From positions 216,297-244,552 of IMG/VR virus record IMGVR_UViG_3300037245_003526: a DNA stretch of 28,256 nucleotides, one strand, 5' to 3'. This stretch comes from a virus. Made by a program: the position numbers and the translations under genes. The first letter of the stretch is position 1; every line of letters starts with the position of its first letter. Under the pieces are notes generated by a model. The model saw nothing but the letters and a program-made list of their open reading frames with translations. It did not search any database and was not told the origin of the DNA. Of the stretch, positions 24,197 through 28,256 are shown one piece after another.

Positions 24197-24242
24197 AAAA
24201 GAAGGTTGGAAGACTGTTCGTTTATAGAACAATCTCCCAACC
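24195..24242 (-). terminator. terminator: 16-bp stem hairpin
   Basis: GGTTGGAAGACTGTTC-gtttata-GAACAATCTCCCAACC. The two plus-strand mismatches become G-U wobbles in the minus-strand RNA. A U-run follows on the minus strand. Confidence 0.55.
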
Positions 24243-24256
24243 TAATTAGGGTGGTA

Positions 24257-25093
24257 CTAAAATAATTCAGAATGGTTGTTAAAATATTGGGCAAATGCAT
24301 TATATCCGTTTTTATTTAACCATGTATTACTAGGAATTTTACCTCCGTTTTCCTTTATTAATTTCTCAGCAGTTTTTATATGATCTTTATGAGTTGCTCT
24401 CAATGAGACCTTTTTCAAATGACTAAATGATTCAGGATTTCTATACATACAACCGTAAAGATTACCATACCCGTTATTTTTCAACCATGTTGGATTAGGA
24501 ACTTTACCTCCGTTTTTCTTTGCTAATTTCTCAGCAGTTTTTACATAATCTTCCTTCTTTACAAAAGAATTATCTTGTTTTAAATGACTGAACACCTTAC
24601 GATGTTTCGTAAAATAACTGGAAAGAGGCATATACCCATTGTTTTCCAACCATGTAAAAGAGGGAACTTTACCTCCATTTTTCTTTGCTAATTTCTCAGC
24701 AGTTTTGATATGTTTTTCACGAGATATAAAAAAATTTTCTTGTTTTAAATTAGTGAATAACTCAGGGTGATTTATAAGATATTGAGCAAATGCACCATAT
24801 CCTTTTTTTATTAACCATGAATGACTAGGAATCTTATCATTATTATTTTTAGCTAATTTAGCAGCAGTTTCAATATGTACTTCAGAAGCTAGAACTAATT
24901 TTTCTTGCTCTAAATGATCAAATAATTCAGGAAGTCTCATAATACAACCTCCAAGAGCAATATAACCGTTTTCCGATAACCATTTAAAAGTGGGAATTTT
25001 ACCTCCATTTTCCTTTGCTAATTTCTCAGCAGTTTTCACATGATCTTCATTTATAATTCTTAAACTTCTAGAAAATATTTCCCTAAACTCTTT
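24257..25093 (-). repeat. five tandem ~165-nt coding repeats in the helicase 3' end
   Basis: Recurrent block (t)tacctccgtttt(c/t)ctttgctaatttctcagcagttt at about 24340, 24505, 24670, 24830 and 25000. Confidence 0.7.
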
Positions 25094-26800
25094 AAATGTC
25101 TCAATTCCTAATTGGTCAGTTCCAAAAACTAGTAATTTATCAAATATTTTATTCTCCCATATCTTATCAAATCCTGCCTCCAACATAAAGGATATATCCA
25201 AACCCTTCTTATATCCTGGGTCTTTAGAATCAGTTATTATAGAATCCCTCCTTAACATTTTAGCTATGTGTATAGTAATATCATCAATCATCTCCTTCCT
25301 TATATTAAAATTATTTAAAACAGTTTTAATAGTTTCTTTAGAATCGTCTAATGTAGGTTCACCTTTTGATTCTTTCAAAAATATTAATTCCATAATAATA
25401 TTATCCATAATATCCTGTCTTATTCCTTCATTTGAAACTTCTTCAATAAAACAATTATAAGTCCTGGTACCATTTTTTTTATTACCTCTACCTCTCTTTA
25501 TATAAGGTATTGGTTCAATAGTTTCCCGTAAAAGTAACGATGCTGTAAAAGCATTATAGCTATTACTAAGATGTGATCTTCGATCCACTTCGATATTATA
25601 TTTTGAAATATATGGTAAAAAAACATTATAACCTATATGAGTCTTTTTAGGAAGATCCCTCCATAGTCTCCCGTGTCTTTGTCCTAAAACCCTTAATGAG
25701 TTAGATGGTGCAAGATCCAATATCTGCTCAGCATATAACCAGTCAGAACCTTCATCAAAAATTTTCAAAGCAAGTATGATGTCAATATTCCCTGCTTTTT
25801 TATTATCAAAAATTATTTTCTTTTTCTCGTCCCTGTTGTTAGTAGTAATTAAGTCCATTATATTGCAGTCAGACCAAACCTCCCTTATTATGGAAATAAG
25901 TCGGTCCCTAAATATATATTTGTCAATTCCATTCAAAAGATTACCTACGTAAGGACAATATATAACATACTTCTTTTTACCAAATTTAGTTATTACCTCC
26001 TTTACCGAATCAAAAATGTCAGTATATGTAACAAAATTAAATTCAAATGACTTAATGTGTTTAATGTTCTCTTCCCAGTGTCGGTCTAATGGTAAAAAAT
26101 GATAAGTAAATTTCGAAATAACTTCTTCTGGTAATATTAATCCCCGGTCTCCTCTAAAAAATGTAGCAGTTGGAAGCCATATAGATGTAGTAGGATCGTC
26201 AAATGTAGTTAACTCCCTTATAAGTTTACCTATCATATTACATGAATCACTTTCTTCAGTTTCAGGAAATAATATGTGGTGAGCTTCATCAATTACCAAT
26301 GTAGTGTTACTGAATAATTCCCCAATAAATTTACCATAATGTTGAATTATCCTCGACATGTTAGCATGTGTAGTTATTAAAATTCTATCAGATATTTCTT
26401 TATCATTAGAAGATTTCTTTCCTTTTAGAAAATCCTCTAAAAATTTTACCTTTCTTCCAAGGTTTATTCCATTGCATAAATCATGGCCAATTGCCCAATC
26501 TAATTCAGCACCATCAGTATATCGTAAATTGATATCTTTAAAGGATTTTATTATTAGCGTTTGTGGTATGCATATTATTAACTTGTGTTCATTGTCCCTA
26601 TGTAACCTCTTTGCCATTACAAACTTAATAGTCGTACTCTTACCTGAACCCGGAGGTTCGTTCATTATAAAGTATCTCTCGTCAGAATAATTAGTAAGTA
26701 TGTAGTCCTGATGTTTTCTAATTGTATGTGTACCTTCGTTACCAATTGATAGTTTACCTTTTCGTTTTTGTTTTGTAGCTATGAATGAGTTCTTTATCAT
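24257..26800 (-). CDS. superfamily-2 DEAH-box helicase/ATPase with five C-terminal ~55-aa tandem repeats (helicase-associated-like)
   Basis: GGAGGaaatATG. Walker A NEPPGSGKSTT, motif II VIDEAHHI, TAT motif LPTATFF, motif VI GQRHGRLWR. C-terminal repeats (H/Y)(I/V)KTAEKLAKKNGGK(V/I)P..TWL..NGY... x5, visible as ~165-nt DNA tandem repeats. Confidence 0.8.
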   Translation of the reverse strand: MIKNSFIATKQKRKGKLSIGNEGTHTIRKHQDYILTNYSDERYFIMNEPPGSGKSTTIKFVMAKRLHRDNEHKLIICIPQTLIIKSFKDINLRYTDGAELDWAIGHDLCNGINLGRKVKFLEDFLKGKKSSNDKEISDRILITTHANMSRIIQHYGKFIGELFSNTTLVIDEAHHILFPETEESDSCNMIGKLIRELTTFDDPTTSIWLPTATFFRGDRGLILPEEVISKFTYHFLPLDRHWEENIKHIKSFEFNFVTYTDIFDSVKEVITKFGKKKYVIYCPYVGNLLNGIDKYIFRDRLISIIREVWSDCNIMDLITTNNRDEKKKIIFDNKKAGNIDIILALKIFDEGSDWLYAEQILDLAPSNSLRVLGQRHGRLWRDLPKKTHIGYNVFLPYISKYNIEVDRRSHLSNSYNAFTASLLLRETIEPIPYIKRGRGNKKNGTRTYNCFIEEVSNEGIRQDIMDNIIMELIFLKESKGEPTLDDSKETIKTVLNNFNIRKEMIDDITIHIAKMLRRDSIITDSKDPGYKKGLDISFMLEAGFDKIWENKIFDKLLVFGTDQLGIETFKEFREIFSRSLRIINEDHVKTAEKLAKENGGKIPTFKWLSENGYIALGGCIMRLPELFDHLEQEKLVLASEVHIETAAKLAKNNNDKIPSHSWLIKKGYGAFAQYLINHPELFTNLKQENFFISREKHIKTAEKLAKKNGGKVPSFTWLENNGYMPLSSYFTKHRKVFSHLKQDNSFVKKEDYVKTAEKLAKKNGGKVPNPTWLKNNGYGNLYGCMYRNPESFSHLKKVSLRATHKDHIKTAEKLIKENGGKIPSNTWLNKNGYNAFAQYFNNHSELF

Positions 26801-26861
26801 ATTTCCTCCATATATATTTAAATTAAATTAAATGTTAAAAATAAATATCCCTAGTCTTATA

Positions 26862-26900
26862 ACTTAATATATATAGTATCAATCATTAAAATTGGAACAA
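26862..26900 (-). promoter_or_regulatory. promoter cassette for the helicase transcription unit
   Basis: Minus strand: T7-GTTCCAATTTTAATgattgatacTATATATATTAAGTTATAAGACTAGGGATATTT. Confidence 0.4.
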
Positions 26901-26928
26901 AAAAAGAGGTAGACTAATCCCCTTTTTT
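26899..26928 (-). terminator. terminator hairpin after 26939..28237
   Basis: A7-GAGG-tagactaat-CCCC-T6. The stem is weak because it is AT-rich. Confidence 0.4.
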
Positions 26929-26938
26929 CGTAAATACT

Positions 26939-28237
26939 TTATGGGTGAATAATTTTAAACCGAGTAGTTCCTATTGTTATATTTTCCTCTCCCCTTAAAT
27001 GTTTAGGAATGTTTGTGAAGTCAGTTCCTTCCCCTACCCTCCTTTGATGACTTCTTACCCAGTGTTTAATATATCTTAAACGACCTGTCTGTGTCACGGG
27101 AGCATCTCTAGCATAAAATAAAGATTTAATTTGCTCATAGTCAACTGAAAATGTGCATTTACTCTTCCCTTCCAAAGCTATTATTTTCCACATTTCCTTC
27201 TCACGAATCATTTCGTCGCAGTCTAGCATAATTGACGCCATTCTGCATGATTTTTGTAGTTCTATATGTGTTAGCTTTGTCATAGTTTTGTTTTGAAAGT
27301 CTTCAGGAAGTTCATACAAACCATTATTTTTTCCATTTAAAGCTTTTGTAAAACTCATTGGAAAAATAGGACCTATTAAATTGTTTCTAAAATCAATACG
27401 AAGTGGAATCTTATAACCAAATATTCCACCCTCGTCTCTATAAGCAAGCTTGTATAGAGCATAGGGTCTAGACCAGTTATTCCATAACTCAGGTATTGTA
27501 CCTAAATCCTTATGTGGAGAAGGTTCAGGTTTTAAATAATACATATAAGTGTTTGCCGTCCTGTATGTTATGTAATCAGCTGCAGATCCTTGTAACCCTA
27601 GTTTTTCAGTCATATTTTTAGCAGCTGAATCCTCTACTCCCTTATCCTGATTGCCAGATACAGATACAGATATAACCCCAGTTGGCCTATCATAATCAGC
27701 AAGAAATATAGCAGCATGGTCCTCTGTAAATCTATCACTTACATCCTCGTCCTGAAATGGAGATCTCCTGTTGTCACTCTTAGAGTAGTTCATAAATGGA
27801 GTAAAGTAGGGTCCAATCTTTTTCAAAAAGTTGAATTGATTAGGTTTTATTCTGAATAATTTATCGTACCCTTCTTTACATGTCATCTTTTCTAAAAAAG
27901 CTATTAATGTAGTCTCAACCACATCAGAAAAATGATCATCATCCCACCAATCAATCATTCTCCTTTCCTTTTTTTCCTTCATAGATATAGTAATCTTTTC
28001 CCATTCACCATTTGTAGATTTCCACTTACCGCGTAAAGACCAAGGATTCTTCCAATATAATTGAAGTGTGTGGTCTGTACCTGTTAACCTTACTCCTTCA
28101 TCTCCTTTGTCATTACCTTCTAGTATTAAACTAGAAAATATAATAGTAATTATATTTGTTGAATTATCCTTATTATATTCCCCTTGATATGTGCTTATTT
28201 TTTCGTTGTAATTATGTATGGTTATTCTAGCTTTCAT
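26939..28237 (-). CDS. hypothetical protein (432 aa)
   Basis: AAGGGAGtacttaATG. Long uninterrupted ORF, Trp/Tyr-rich, no recognised motif. Confidence 0.6.
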   Translation of the reverse strand: MKARITIHNYNEKISTYQGEYNKDNSTNIITIIFSSLILEGNDKGDEGVRLTGTDHTLQLYWKNPWSLRGKWKSTNGEWEKITISMKEKKERRMIDWWDDDHFSDVVETTLIAFLEKMTCKEGYDKLFRIKPNQFNFLKKIGPYFTPFMNYSKSDNRRSPFQDEDVSDRFTEDHAAIFLADYDRPTGVISVSVSGNQDKGVEDSAAKNMTEKLGLQGSAADYITYRTANTYMYYLKPEPSPHKDLGTIPELWNNWSRPYALYKLAYRDEGGIFGYKIPLRIDFRNNLIGPIFPMSFTKALNGKNNGLYELPEDFQNKTMTKLTHIELQKSCRMASIMLDCDEMIREKEMWKIIALEGKSKCTFSVDYEQIKSLFYARDAPVTQTGRLRYIKHWVRSHQRRVGEGTDFTNIPKHLRGEENITIGTTRFKIIHP

Positions 28238-28256
28238 TAAGTACTCCCTTATATTT

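Noticed and set aside
1-28256. Giant-virus (eukaryotic) origin, suggested by AT-richness, many short genes, hairpin terminators, and a metacaspase with an N-terminal MGC motif resembling a myristoylation/palmitoylation signal
   Set aside because: SD sequences sit at the correct spacing before nearly every start. ATGA/TAATG coupled overlaps and sigma70-like -35/-10 elements argue for a bacterial virus.
1-28256. CRISPR array, integrase/att sites or transposon inverted repeats
   Set aside because: No spaced direct-repeat array, no integrase or transposase ORF, and no terminal inverted repeats were observed. The repeats present are coding tandem repeats and duplicated promoter/terminator cassettes.

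Overview
The window is AT-rich (roughly 30% GC by eye) and densely coding. It looks like a segment of a large bacteriophage genome from a low-GC bacterial host, not eukaryotic or giant-virus DNA. The reason is that almost every ORF is preceded by a canonical Shine-Dalgarno sequence (AAGGAG/GGAGG) 5-9 nt before the start, and neighbouring genes are translationally coupled (ATGA/TAATG overlaps).

The left ~7.4 kb is one rightward block. It opens with the 3' end of a tail-fibre-like gene, then a peptidase-M15 endolysin-like gene and a possible holin/spanin-like membrane protein. Next come accessory genes that are unusual for a phage: a CheY-like receiver-PAS protein, an HldE/RfaE domain-I heptose-7-phosphate kinase, a secreted protein with two FN3-like repeats, an HD-like hydrolase, lysine/alanine-rich histone-H1-like proteins, and a P-loop kinase.

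The middle carries a HAD phosphatase, a self-contained three-gene operon (metacaspase-like C14 peptidase plus two small membrane proteins), a second histone-like protein, a calcineurin-like metallophosphoesterase, and a free-standing GIY-YIG homing endonuclease.

The right ~13 kb is a leftward early/accessory region of many small ORFs arranged in at least three transcription units (left-most promoter not defined). Each unit has a terminator hairpin followed immediately by a conserved promoter cassette. It contains an XRE-type HTH regulator, very acidic small proteins, two tandem paralogues with a near-identical 3' nucleotide tract, an internally duplicated protein, and an 847-aa SF2 (DEAH) helicase with five C-terminal ~55-aa tandem repeats.

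No rRNA, tRNA, CRISPR array or transposon ends were recognised. All functional calls rest on motifs read by eye from the supplied translations. No database searches were run.
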